A stretch of 32,376 bases of DNA from Octopus bimaculoides (Eukaryota), in the NCBI RefSeq assembly GCF_001194135.2, contig NC_068981.1, positions 53,155,868-53,188,243 of the forward strand, written 5' to 3'. Below, piece by piece: positions 21,217 through 32,004 of the stretch (position 1 is the first letter of the stretch; each line of letters begins with the position of its first letter). The notes under the pieces are model-generated. The model worked only from the letters and a program-made list of their open reading frames with translations. It did not search any database and was not told the DNA's origin. Position numbers and translations under genes: made by a program.

Positions 21217-22995
21217 GTAAGCTACAGATTTTTTTATACCTATATTCTTTATTTATAATGTTGTATGTTTGATTCCTTTTGAAAATTTTTGTATTTTTGT
21301 AAAAGTTGAGACCAGTGAGATTTGTGTAGTTGTTTTCAACAAATGCAAATCAACAACTGTAGCAGAAAAAATGGATGAAAGAGGATTCTAGAGGACAAAC
21401 ATTCTTCAGGACGTGAGGGAATTGGGCATCATGTTAACTGTGGAACCTGGGAGTGGGCAGACACAAATTGGGTGATGAGTAAATGAACTTGGTTCAGGAC
21501 AAGCCAACTTAAGAAGCAGATGCCATTATGATAACAAAAGAAAAAGTAGTATGCTTGTGGGCTGATGTATGAGAATGTTGGTGAGTCTATGCCAATCAGT
21601 TGAGTGACCTACTGTTGGGGATGGATGATGAGATGAGGTCCTGAATTCTCATAGAGAGTCTTTAAAATAGGTTGTCAATTTAATAATAGAGCATCGAAAA
21701 TGGATTACTTTATTCAAAGGGAAGTTTACAGATTACTGATAAGCTCGTTATAAAGAGTAGAAAGTTGAATATAACAGCTTCTTGTCCTTCAACAGAGAAT
21801 TGGGATATAAGAATGTTTGTTGTGGGCTTGATTGTGAATTAATTGTTGCTGACACAACCCGCCAATCCATTCCTACCATTTTCCTTGAATTCCAGACTTT
21901 ACTATATTGTTTTACTGCTCTGTTTTCTAATAACTTTACTCTTTGCTCTCTTAGAGTTAAGACTAAAGATGCAATTTGGTGCACCTCTGTTGATCACTAA
22001 TAGGCTGAATAACATTGAAAAGTAAATAAATAAATTTCTTGAGTTCTTTTTGGTTTTTTCTTTCTTTTTTTCTCTTTCTCTCTGTCTAATGCTCTGAGTT
22101 TTACATTTTTGTGTGTGTGTGTTTCTAAATTATATGCAATATTATCTTTTAGTGAAAGGAGGTGGTTGTATTTCATCCAGTTTACTAGGTTGTTCTCTAT
22201 TACTTTATTTTAGTGTTATCCTTGTTTGATTTTTATCTTTCTTGAGTTAATTTTTTATCGTACTATAAATACATTGTACATTTTTTTTTATCTACTTTCA
22301 AAGATGATTAAACGTTTCGTTGGGAGAAGATATGAATAGCAATGAGGTCCTTCTGAGTGTACAAGATAACTAAGCATGGTCTGAATGGAAGGAAAAGAAT
22401 ATCATGTTAGCAGTGATTAAATAGATTATTTGCACAACAGAATTCTGTTGTACACTTACTTTATTGCATGAGAGGTTTAATCATTGAGAGCATTGTTGTC
22501 ATGCGAAGATAGAACTGACCTCAAAGAGGTATAGCAATCAAAATGAATCAATTTTTCTTGTTTCACTAAGAAAGGTGTTGTTATTTTGAACTGGTAGAGT
22601 AGAACTATAACCAAAAATCTTTTATTCTAGCATAGTGTATCAAGGACTATATTCTCTAGTGTGTTCTTATTTTTTTAGATGGTAGGATATAATTTTGCTA
22701 GCAGGTTAAGTGATTGACTCATTAAGAAATGTGTTTTGTTTTCAGGTTATTAAGATTTGCTGAAGCTTTATTTAGCTTTAATTTCACAATAGTTGCAGTA
22801 AGTTCTGAAGAAAATGAGTCTATAATTTTAATGTGAATGTATCATTTGCTTAAACATCTTAACATAAACTTGAGACATCATAACTTTGTTCAAAATCAAT
22901 CTGACAAGCTCATAAAATTCAAGGAATATGTAATATCTTGTTTTCAGTTTAAATATTTTGCTTTAAAATGTTTTGTTTTTCTTTCTGTTTTCCAG

Positions 22996-23106
22996 TTGTA
23001 TATTAAAGATGTTGTTATTGGTGACTATCCTCGCTTTACGCATCGAGGGGTCATGATTGACACTTCCCGGCATTACCTGTACAAGGATATTATTTTTGAT
23101 GTGCTG
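22996..23106 (+). CDS. HEXA/HEXB: Beta-hexosaminidase coding exon 4
   Basis: TTTTCCAG acceptor; LYIKDVVIGDYPRFTHRGVMIDTSRHYLYKDIIFDVL with the substrate-binding Arg of DTSRH; donor GTAAGA; 111 nt. Confidence 0.96.
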
Positions 23107-23944
23107 GTAAGAAACATTTCTTTAAAATAATTTCTCTTAGCTAAAGTTTCTTTTTTTTCCTGATACCATGGGTAGAATAGTTTTGGAAAAAAATGAATTT
23201 TAAAATAATTAGTTTCAGTTAATTCATCTCACAGATACAAGATACTTCTACTTTCTAGTTAAATGATTAGAAATAGGAAATTAATATATAAGTATGCAAA
23301 AGAAGAAATATCTTATATAAATACGTAAATTTGAAACAACATACAAATGATGTTAAGCTGATAAAAATGAATTCAAAATAAAATAGTTTCAACTTATCAC
23401 ATTTCTCCAGCTCAGTTGTGACCAAATATAATGATGTGCTTTATTTCTGTCAATTTATCTATTTAGCCCTTAAATCCACTGATCCACCATTCTTTGATGT
23501 ACTTGACCTAAGCTACTGTTTTTAGCTTGCCATGTTCCATAGTTTTCAAGATATCTGTTCATGGAGGCAATTGAAATCTAATGTGGAGTGTCTAGGTTGC
23601 ATGTTGATAACAACTTATTGAGAAACTTCTTATTGAAAAGAAGTGAAGGAAACCTGTTTCTACCTAGAAACATGTACTATTTGAAGCAACAATGATACAG
23701 TCACTAATGTACAGAAAAGAAGAGTTCTGGGAATATATCAAGACCTTGCTGTTGGCCAGAGAGAGCCATTTCTGTTCAGAAACTTTTTGATTCAAGGGTT
23801 CAGAGAAAAGATAGATTGTTCCACATATTTTACACCACAACTTTATACAGAATGTTCTTAAACCAAAGTTAAAGTCCCTGTAATGTATCAGTTTGGCAAA
23901 AGAAACCAAAAAAATAAATGCTAGGCTTAAAAAATATAAGTAGT

Positions 23945-24030
23945 GGAGTCATTTTGTTCAACTAAACCCTTCGACATGTTGCCCCAACATGACTGCAGTC
24001 CAATGACTGAGACAGGTAGAAAATAAAAAT
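23945..24030 (+). mobile_element. 3' end of SINE family B
   Basis: Matches 29715-29806 (CTAAA..CCCTTC..CATG..CAGTC..ATGACTGA..A..TA.AA). Confidence 0.6.
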
Positions 24031-24084
24031 ATATGAATATTTAATCCCTAATGATTAGGGATTATATATGCATATATATATATG

Positions 24085-24436
24085 CATGCGAAGACCTGTC
24101 GAGGCAAATGAAATCAAAATTGAACCAAATTCGATGACTGGCACCCATGCCAACCTTCCTTCATTGGACACTAAACTCAGCTTGTGAAGATTTGTTGGGG
24201 CAAGTGAGATCGAAACTGAACCAAATTCGATGACTGACACCTGTGCCAGTGGAGTGCTAACAGCACCAACCGAGCGGGATCCCTGCCAGAGCAGCGGTCT
24301 CGCTCCCGTGCCGGTGGCACGTAAAAAGCACCATTTGAGCGCGATCGTTTCCAGCTTTGCCTTACTGGGACTTGTGCCGGTGGCATGTGACAAAACATTG
24401 GACTGACTCCTGTGCAGGTAGCATGTAAAAGACACC
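24085..24436 (+). mobile_element. RTE-family 3' UTR fragment with internal tandem subrepeats, running into a gap
   Basis: GAAGACCTG start, duplicated GAACCAAATTCGATGACTG unit, and GTGCCGGTGGCACGTAAAAAGCACC units shared with 26460-26700 and 32000-32220. Confidence 0.8.
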
Positions 24437-24553
24437 NNNNNNNNNNNNNNNNNNNNNNNNNNNNNNNNNNNNNNNNNNNNNNNNNNNNNNNNNNNNNNNN
24501 NNNNNNNNNNNNNNNNNNNNNNNNNNNNNNNNNNNNNNNNNNNNNNNNNNNNN
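24437..24553. other. Assembly gap (N run)
   Basis: 117 Ns followed by (TA)n. Confidence 1.
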
Positions 24554-24586
<33 letters not shown>

Positions 24587-24866
24587 GCATAAACATATGT
24601 ATATATTGCATATGTATGTGTGTATGTATATATGCATATATATATATATTAACATATTACTTCTCCAGGCCTTAACTTTTTTGATATGTCACGAATGAAC
24701 TTCTAAATTGTAATTAATTATAGCTATGTAGTTAGTACCAGTTGAAATGTCATTCCCTCACAATCAACATTAAAAACCTCTAGAAATGATAAAAAGAAAA
24801 GCAAGATGGACACTAAAGTGAATGCAGTACCCAGCTATAATCACACTGTATTCAGTAATCAAGCAT

Positions 24867-24930
24867 TTCACAGACTAGACTAAAGCATATCTGATACATT
24901 CACAGACTAGACTAAATCATATCTGATACA
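24867..24930 (+). repeat. 32-bp tandem duplication
   Basis: TTCACAGACTAGACTAAA(G/T)CATATCTGATACA twice, one mismatch. Confidence 0.93.
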
Positions 24931-25148
24931 TTAGAATCATGAACTACTTCAGCATGTATGCCAAAATATATAGTCTTTATACTTAAATAGTAATTTACCA
25001 AGATGTTAGTTAAAATTCTTTCTTGCTTCTGACTCGCTGTAAAATTATGGTTGTCTATGTCAGCTGCTTTTGTGGAACTATATTTTCCAATTTTATGTTT
25101 TTGTTCATTTGTTATTTTTCTAAAAAATTACTGTTTATTGGTCAACAG

Positions 25149-25250
25149 GAAGGAATGGCACAGAACAAGATGAATGTCCTTCACTGGCACATGGTTGATG
25201 ATCAGTCATTCCCTTATGAAAGCAAAGTTTTCCCAGAACTTAGTGAGAAA
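25149..25250 (+). CDS. HEXA/HEXB: Beta-hexosaminidase coding exon 5
   Basis: GTCAACAG acceptor; [34 protein letters not shown] with the N..HWH..DDQSFP motif; donor GTAAGT; 102 nt. Confidence 0.97.
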
Positions 25251-25659
25251 GTAAGTAAACATTGTTTTAATACAAATTTAATGCAACAGTAAATGATGAA
25301 GGTAGTGAGTATGATGCATGAAACACATAAATGAATCACATACATAGCAGAAAATATTACCTTTATTGTTCATGAACTTTATTTAATAGGGGCCATTTGT
25401 CTATCAGTTTATCAGAGACCCTACTACATCTTTTGTAAATCAAGTGACTGTACTTAGAATGCCAATTCAAATTCCTATTTATTCCCTTCCTACATATAGA
25501 ACAAGGCCACTTCCTACTTGGCACTGACACTCTGTGCTCTGTGTCATTAAATTGCACTTTTGGTCTTTGCCTGGTTGACCTTTAGTTCTTTAATTATTAA
25601 TTTTCTTTGTTGATTCATACACTGTAAAGTATAGCCAATTTAGAGATAGTGAGTGAGAG

Positions 25660-25820
25660 AGCAGAAACACCAGAGTACTTAACTGGTACTTCGTTTATCA
25701 TCTCTGGAAAGATAATGTGCAAAGTTAACCTTGGTAGAATTTGAATTAGCAAAGCAAAAAGCCAGAACAATAAATACAAATTATTTGTCTTACTCTAACA
25801 CATCTGCCAGTTGACTCCAT
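25660..25820 (-). mobile_element. tRNA-derived SINE (family A), old copy
   Basis: AACTGGTACTT, GCAAAGTTAACCTTGGTAGAATTTGAA and TCTGCCAGTT match 4947-5167. Confidence 0.6.
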
Positions 25821-25924
25821 TAATTTCTAGTATTACAGAAAATTACTAATTTGAACAATTGTTATTGAATTTTAACTGTTCTTTCTTTTTTTCATCTCTC
25901 CTTGCATCTAATAATACCAATCAG

Positions 25925-26030
25925 GGTGCTTACCACCCATCTATGGTCTACAACCATAAAGTAATTAGTGAAATCATTCAATTTGCTCGTTTACGAGGCA
26001 TACGCATTGTTCCAGAATTTGATAATCCAG
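25925..26030 (+). CDS. HEXA/HEXB: Beta-hexosaminidase coding exon 6
   Basis: CAATCAG acceptor; GAYHPSMVYNHKVISEIIQFARLRGIRIVPEFDNP(G); donor G|GTATGT; phase 0 to 1. Confidence 0.96.
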
Positions 26031-26305
26031 GTATGTAATTTTGTGCTTTTAATATTTATTATAAATATAAGGTGTTATTGTTGAAACATCCCTCTGTGCA
26101 AATTTAAGGCTACTGACTTAGAAGAGTGAATATACACTGAAAATGATATTGCAGTTACAGCTGTTTTCATTGAATAAGAAATTCGAATCATTGTATCTAC
26201 TGGTAAAATAAAAGAGAATTGTTCCGGATAACCTGGTGAAGAAGATGGCAAAGTTGAAGAAGAGATATCATGGGCTATTATCTCATTAAATTTGTGGATT
26301 AGAAT

Positions 26306-26964
26306 TCATCATCATCATCGTTTAACATCTGTTTTCCATGCTGGCATGGGTTGGACGGTTTGACTGGGAACTGGCAAGCCAGTAGGCTGCACCAGGCTCC
26401 AATCTGATCTGGCAAGGTTTCTACAGCTTGATGCCCTTCCTAACACTAACCACTCCAAGAGTGTAGTGAGTGCTTTTTACGTGCCACCAGCACAAGAGCC
26501 AGTCAGGGGGCACTGGCATCAGCCATATTCAGATGGTGCTTTTTATGTGCCACCTGCACAGGGAGCTAGTCAAGCGGTACTGACATCGACTCACGCTTGA
26601 ATGATGCTTATTACGTTCCAACAGCATGGGTGCCAGTCAGGTGGCACTGGCATCAGCCACAACTACAATTTCCATTTTGATTTTGATTTTGATTTTACTT
26701 GACTCAGTAGGTCTTCTCAAGCGCAGCATATCGCTCGACAGTTCAAGGATACTTTTAAATGGGCTGGTTAAGCAACACTGGTATCGGCCATGGCTTTGAT
26801 TTCACTTTACTTGCTGCGTCTTCTCAATCACAGCATATCTCCAAAGGTCTCGGTCTCTTGTCATTGCCTCTGTGAGACGCAATATTCAAAGGTCATGCTT
26901 CACAATCTGTTTTCTGTACATCTTTGGTGTTTGTTACCCCTGCGCATCTGCCACACACAATAGC
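26306..26964 (-). mobile_element. Internally deleted RTE-type LINE 3' end with long 3' UTR and (GAT)n tail
   Basis: Minus strand AIVCGRCAGVTNTKDVQKTD is joined at 26903/26904 to VKHDL*ILRLTEAMTRDRDLWRYAVIEKTQQVK*, followed by the subrepeat UTR and tail at 26306-26320. Confidence 0.85.
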
Positions 26965-27214
26965 AGCAGCATCAAGCAGATGAGAAAGAAACTGCAAGTG
27001 TTCCACCCACAAGCAGTGCAGTAGATGATACAGAAGTTGTGAAAATGAACAAATATTTATTTATTGATTGTTTCATACTTTGTTCTTTATATGAAAATGT
27101 TTTGTTATTAAACTAAGAATTAATTAGTTTGTGTAAAATAACTTTTGCTTTCATTTGTTTATTATATTGTACATTTACAATGTTCATTTTTAATCAAGAT
27201 TTTTCAATCAACAC

Positions 27215-27910
27215 AAGAGTTCTCCAAGGAGATACCTTAGCTCTTTTCCTTGTCATTATGGTCTTGGACTATGTACTGAGTCATACTATGGTATCTGAAT
27301 TAGACTAACTGTTTGTCCCTGCCAAGATTCACATTGTCCAGCATCATATCTCACTGACCTTAATTTCACAGATGACATTGCACTCATCTCACAACCACAA
27401 ATGCACAAGCTCTCCTTACAAGCCTGGAGTTGGCTGCCATTGAAGTCAATTTCTCAACAAACTGCTCACAAACACTGTAATCATTAGTGAAAATACCGGA
27501 GTGGGTGATCTTACACTTTCATTGTGGCCTATTGAATCAGTTGCTGATTTCTGTTACCTGTGCTCTTGCATTCATGCTACCAGCACAGATGTTAACATTC
27601 ATAAAGTAATAACATGGTCAGCATCCTTCAAGCTGTGGAAAATTTGAAAAACACCACAGCTGATACATGACTGAAAACTATACCTGTTTTGTACTACAGT
27701 AGAATCTGTTCTACTCCATGGCTCTGAATGATGACATTTCTTACGATGATGCAACAGTGATCACTTGACAGCACATACACTTGACTTCTATGTAATGCCT
27801 TTAATATCTCTTATGCTAACCACATATCAAACAAGTCATTATATGAATCTTAACCACCCATCAGTTAGACATTCAATCAAAGACAACTAAAATTTGCAGT
27901 CAGACAGCTC
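27215..27910 (+). mobile_element. Decayed non-LTR retrotransposon RT fragment, RTEX-like (a second LINE family)
   Basis: VLQGDTLALFLVIMVLDYVL (from 27219; GVLQGDTLAP.LF...LDY motif), LTDLNFTDDIALIS (FADD-type catalytic motif at 27365-27376), VESVLLHGSE. Confidence 0.8.
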
Positions 27911-28618
27911 AACTTGTAACTTGCTTTTTTTTCTATAACCTTGTGGAGATGTTCAAGCCTGGTGGTCAAACCTATGTGCTGTGTCTGTGGACTTATGCAG
28001 GATACAGGACCATGCACTGTCTTTGAGTTGACATGTACAATGTCATTTTACATAGCCCAGAGGAATTTGCTCACAAATTGGAGTCAATGTCTACGAGTGA
28101 TGTATAGACTAAAAGAAAGACTTATTTGTAATGAAAAATATTTGACATTTTTGTCAGATGTTGACTTTATTTTTCTTATAAAACTGCTCATTTTGATAAA
28201 AGAATTATGTACTATTTGCTTATGAATGAACTGTCAAAATTTACTTGTTCATTTATTCCTCCTTTTAAATTTTGGAAGTTAAATTTTTAAAATACTACCA
28301 GAAAATAAGGAAATTCAAAAACCATGCCATTTCAATCTCCAAGCAGACTCTTCATTCTATAACTAGCAATTCAGTTAATATCATTAAAAACAGCTGTTAG
28401 AGTCATATCTAAAAGTTTATGATAGACTTAATAATAAAATAAAATCATTTGTAAGAAATGAAAAGCTAAATAGAAATCATAAACTCATTTTTTATCTTCA
28501 ACTATGTTTCAAATATTTTATGCACAATTTGATTTGGCAGTTGTTTTTGTTTTTTGTGGTGTGGGGTTCTGTTCTCTTCCAAACAATTTCTTTATTGAAA
28601 TTATTTTTCTGATTTAAG

Positions 28619-28826
28619 GGCATACATATTCTTGGGGTCTTGGCCGACCTGACTTACTAACTCAATGCTATGAGAGAAGTCGGCCAGTGAATGGCTATCT
28701 GGGACCAATCAACCCTACTAAAAACATGAGTTATACATTCCTGAAAAAGTTACTTAATGAAGTTTTACATGTTTTCAAAGACAAATACATTCACCTCGGT
28801 GGAGATGAAGTGCCATTGACTTGTTG
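28619..28826 (+). CDS. HEXA/HEXB: Beta-hexosaminidase coding exon 7 (catalytic Asp-Glu)
   Basis: GATTTAAG acceptor; (G)HTYSWGLGRPDLLTQCYERSRPVNGYLGPINPTKNMSYTFLKKLLNEVLHVFKDKYIHLGGDEVPLTC(W); D-E codons at 28804-28809; donor TG|GTTAGT; phase 1 to 2. Confidence 0.97.
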
Positions 28827-29131
28827 GTTAGTATATTTATATATTTTTTTTCCAACATTCATAAAATAAAATAAAATGAGAACGAGTATACACTCCAATA
28901 GTTAGTTTAAAATATTCCAATTTTTATGATTGATTACATGATACTTTTTATGAGAATAGAAGAACTTTTCTAATTTTTCTTTCAACACTAGTTTTCTATA
29001 CTTTCAATTAAAAAAAAAACTGAAACTGCCAATGATTTAATCAGTATGAAAACCATTTCTTGACTTTACATTCTACAAACTTAGAATAAATTTTATGTGT
29101 AATTTATAATTTGTTTAATTTGTATCTACAG

Positions 29132-29233
29132 GCAATCAAACCCTGAAGTAGTTCGCTTTGCTGCTCATCTAACTGGCTCTAATATAGCAGAAGACACAGA
29201 TGTCCATAAAGTTTTGGAATACTATGAAAGAAG
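29132..29233 (+). CDS. HEXA/HEXB: Beta-hexosaminidase coding exon 8
   Basis: ATCTACAG acceptor completes TGG; (W)QSNPEVVRFAAHLTGSNIAEDTDVHKVLEYYER(R); donor AG|GTAAAG; phase 2 to 2. Confidence 0.93.
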
Positions 29234-29421
29234 GTAAAGACCACTTGGAAGTACTATAATAAAAAATATCATAATAATCTCTTTAAAAATAAATAAAATT
29301 TTAAGTGAGAAGAACTTCAAATATTTATACTCAGTCTTTGTAATATTACCCATGAGAAACAAAGTGATAATCTAATAATATTCCAAGTGGTTTTTTTTTT
29401 TTTTTTTTTTGCTGATAAACA

Positions 29422-29806
29422 GGTGCAGATGTGGCTGTGCCATAAGAAGCTTGCTTCCTAGCCACATGTTTCTGGGTTCAGTCCCATTGCATGTCACTTT
29501 AGACAAATGTCTTCTACTATAGCCTCAGGCCAATTTAGAAAAAGCCTGTTTTATGTATATATGTATATATCTGTTTGTGTGTCATTGTGTATGTGTTTGT
29601 CCCCCACAACCACTTGACAACTAGTGTTGTTTTGTGTATATCCCTGAAACTTAGCAGTTCAGCAAAAGAAAAAGAAACCAATAGAATAAGAACCAGACTT
29701 TAAAATGAAAAACTACTAGGGTTTACTTGTTCGACTAAAAAAACCCTTCATGATGGTGCCCTAGCATGGCCACAGTCTAGTGACTGAAATAAGTAAAAGA
29801 CAAAGA
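29422..29806 (+). mobile_element. tRNA-derived SINE (family B), near full-length with internal (TA/TG) tract
   Basis: tRNA-like head GGTGCAGATGTGGCTGTG, B-box GGGTTCAGTCC (29474-29484), A-rich tail AAGTAAAAGACAAAGA; partial copies at 23945 and ~30310. Confidence 0.8.
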
Positions 29807-29938
29807 TAACAAAAAGTTGTTATTGCTATGGTAACTAGATTGCATTAAAAATGCCAGTAAAACTATTCCAACAAAAATTATTTGTTTCTATTTTCATTTT
29901 TTAAGTGAGAAGAGGGAAAGTATTGCCTCTCGTCCTTT

Positions 29939-30134
29939 TTAACCCTTTAGCATTTACATTATTTTGTTAAATGTAATGTTTATGTATTCACATTGTTTTG
30001 GATTCATCATGCATTATCTCATAACTTTGAGATTTCAATGTTGAGAATGTTAATTTTTGAAATGACATTGTAGGCTAGATGTGAGAGGCCAAATCTAGTC
30101 AGTTTGAACATAAAACAAGTAGAGCATTTTGGCC
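29939..30134 (+). mobile_element. Possible piggyBac-type MITE left portion, truncated
   Basis: Begins TTAA-CCCTTTAGCATT (TTAA target plus CCC terminus). No matching right end is visible; LINE-UTR sequence follows. Confidence 0.35.
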
Positions 30135-30310
30135 AGTGTCATGTAAATGGCACCTGTCAAATCATAGTAATGGCTGTTGCCAGTGTCATGTAAATGACAC
30201 CCTTGCTGATGGCATATGAAAAGCACCTGTTACACTCTTGCAGTGGTTGGTGTTAGGAAGGGCATCCTACCATAGAAACCATGCCAAATCAGACTGGAAC
30301 CTGGTGCAGT
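30135..30310 (+). mobile_element. RTE-family 3' UTR fragment
   Basis: AAAAGCACC..TACACTCTTGCAGTGGTTGGTGTTAGGAAGGGCATCC..AGAAACCATGCCAAATCAGACTGGAACCTGGTGCAG matches 32200-32295. Confidence 0.75.
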
Positions 30311-31238
30311 GCTATAGCCTCAGGGGAACCAAAGCTTTGTACATGATTTAATAGATGGAAACTGAAACTGCCATAAGTGTGTGTGTGCTTGTTTATATTT
30401 GCACTTACTTCTGCAAAACTTACTACATACAAATGGCAATGTCATTTTTCCTGTCAACAAATAAATACACCTTCAAAGCTATGTAAAATAAAAGATCCCT
30501 TATTTGATAAACAGGCATGGGTTAATGACAAGAAGAGAATCTAGCTGTTAAACAATGCCTCAATAACATATTTCTCTGACTCATGTGTCATGAACAAATG
30601 GTTATCAAATCAGTTGAATGAAGTCAGACTATGCACACCAATAAAAAGTAGGTTGATTTAATGATAGGTTTACACAGTTCATGAAATAGAGGACTTAAAA
30701 GTAGTCATTAAATTTCATCAGTGAAATGTAAGATCTGTTATTGTATAGTTAGATTAGGAGAAAAACCAGTTAAACTATGCCAGATTTTTCATGTTTTCAC
30801 CCTTTTCTTTTTATTTTCACCAAATTAAAAATTAAAATCAAACTTTCCTGTCAAATTTTTATTATATATGAAAATATTTGATATACACATCTACACATAC
30901 ATTCTTTTTTCTTAACTAGCATGTTTAGAATACAGCAAAGAAGTTAAATGAAGTCTGTCAGTTATCTTCTGATATTTATCATAACACCATTATTTTACAT
31001 AATCCATGATGCATAAAATTATAAAGTTCAAATTTGTTAACTATTTAGACTATAATTCATTAAAAAAGTTATTCAACTTCATTAGGTAATTTTGCTTCCT
31101 TACTGTATATTTACTCCTCAAAAATGGATTGTATAGCAAAATGACAATGCAACTTTAAAATGAATTCATTCTCCAACTACTTATTCACAATTGTATAAGC
31201 ATCCAGTACACATATTATCATTGATATTTTCTCTACAG

Positions 31239-31329
31239 AGTTATTAATGACCTAGCAAAAATTGGTAAAAGAAGACCAGAAGGAGTTCGCGTAGTTCTCT
31301 GGCAAGAGGTTCTTAATAATAACTTCCAG
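31239..31329 (+). CDS. HEXA/HEXB: Beta-hexosaminidase coding exon 9 (last in window; the gene continues)
   Basis: CTCTACAG acceptor; (R)VINDLAKIGKRRPEGVRVVLWQEVLNNNFQ with the WQEV motif; donor CAG|GTATGT; no stop codon. The nine exons total 1689 nt = 563 codons. Confidence 0.93.
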
Positions 31330-31479
31330 GTATGTATATCACTAACTACTAAATAACTAAGTCAGTACGTTTTTTAATGAAATAAATGTGAATACTCTTC
31401 CACATGTGTATTTGTCAATAAGTGTGAATCTCATTATCATTTATGTGTGTGTCTGTGTGCACATAGATACATATATCTA

Positions 31480-31516
31480 TCTGTCTCTTTTTCTTTCTCT
31501 CTCTCTCTCTCTTTTT

Positions 31517-31562
<46 letters not shown>
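31480..31562. repeat. (CT)n microsatellite
   Basis: Direct reading. Confidence 0.95.
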
Positions 31563-31563
<1 letters not shown>

Positions 31564-32004
31564 GGTAGATGAGTTCCGCAAAAAATTTAGATTTAGGTGA
31601 ATATGGTACTTAAGTTTAGGCACCAGAATTTAGTATGGTATTATCCATACAGTTTCAAAATAAGGTGATTAAAATCAAAATAAGCAACAAGGATATCCAA
31701 AATTAATGCAGTACTATCGTTTCATACGACTCCATTTAACTGAGCAATGTAAACATTACATCAAATATAAAATGTAGAGCAATCTTCAGCTGCACAAAAA
31801 TATAGATATTTAAGGAAATTACATTTAAACAAAAGGACATATTTTTTTAATTAAATCTAAACTCTTCAAGTAGAAAGGAGGAATACAAAAAGCCATTTTG
31901 ACTTAGCCAGACCATACAGGCTGAGGAAACAACTAAATCTCATTATGCATAATCAAATACCTGTATTCTTTGAGAACTATGTCTGGCTTCTGTGCAATTG
32001 GCCT

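Noticed and set aside
21330-21760. GC-richer block possibly from a CR1/L2 endonuclease region on the minus strand
   Set aside because: Only vague motif resemblance; no frame could be stitched with confidence.
21748-22025. Three overlapping 60-78 aa ORFs
   Set aside because: No recognisable motif or splice support, and exons 3 and 4 join in frame without them.
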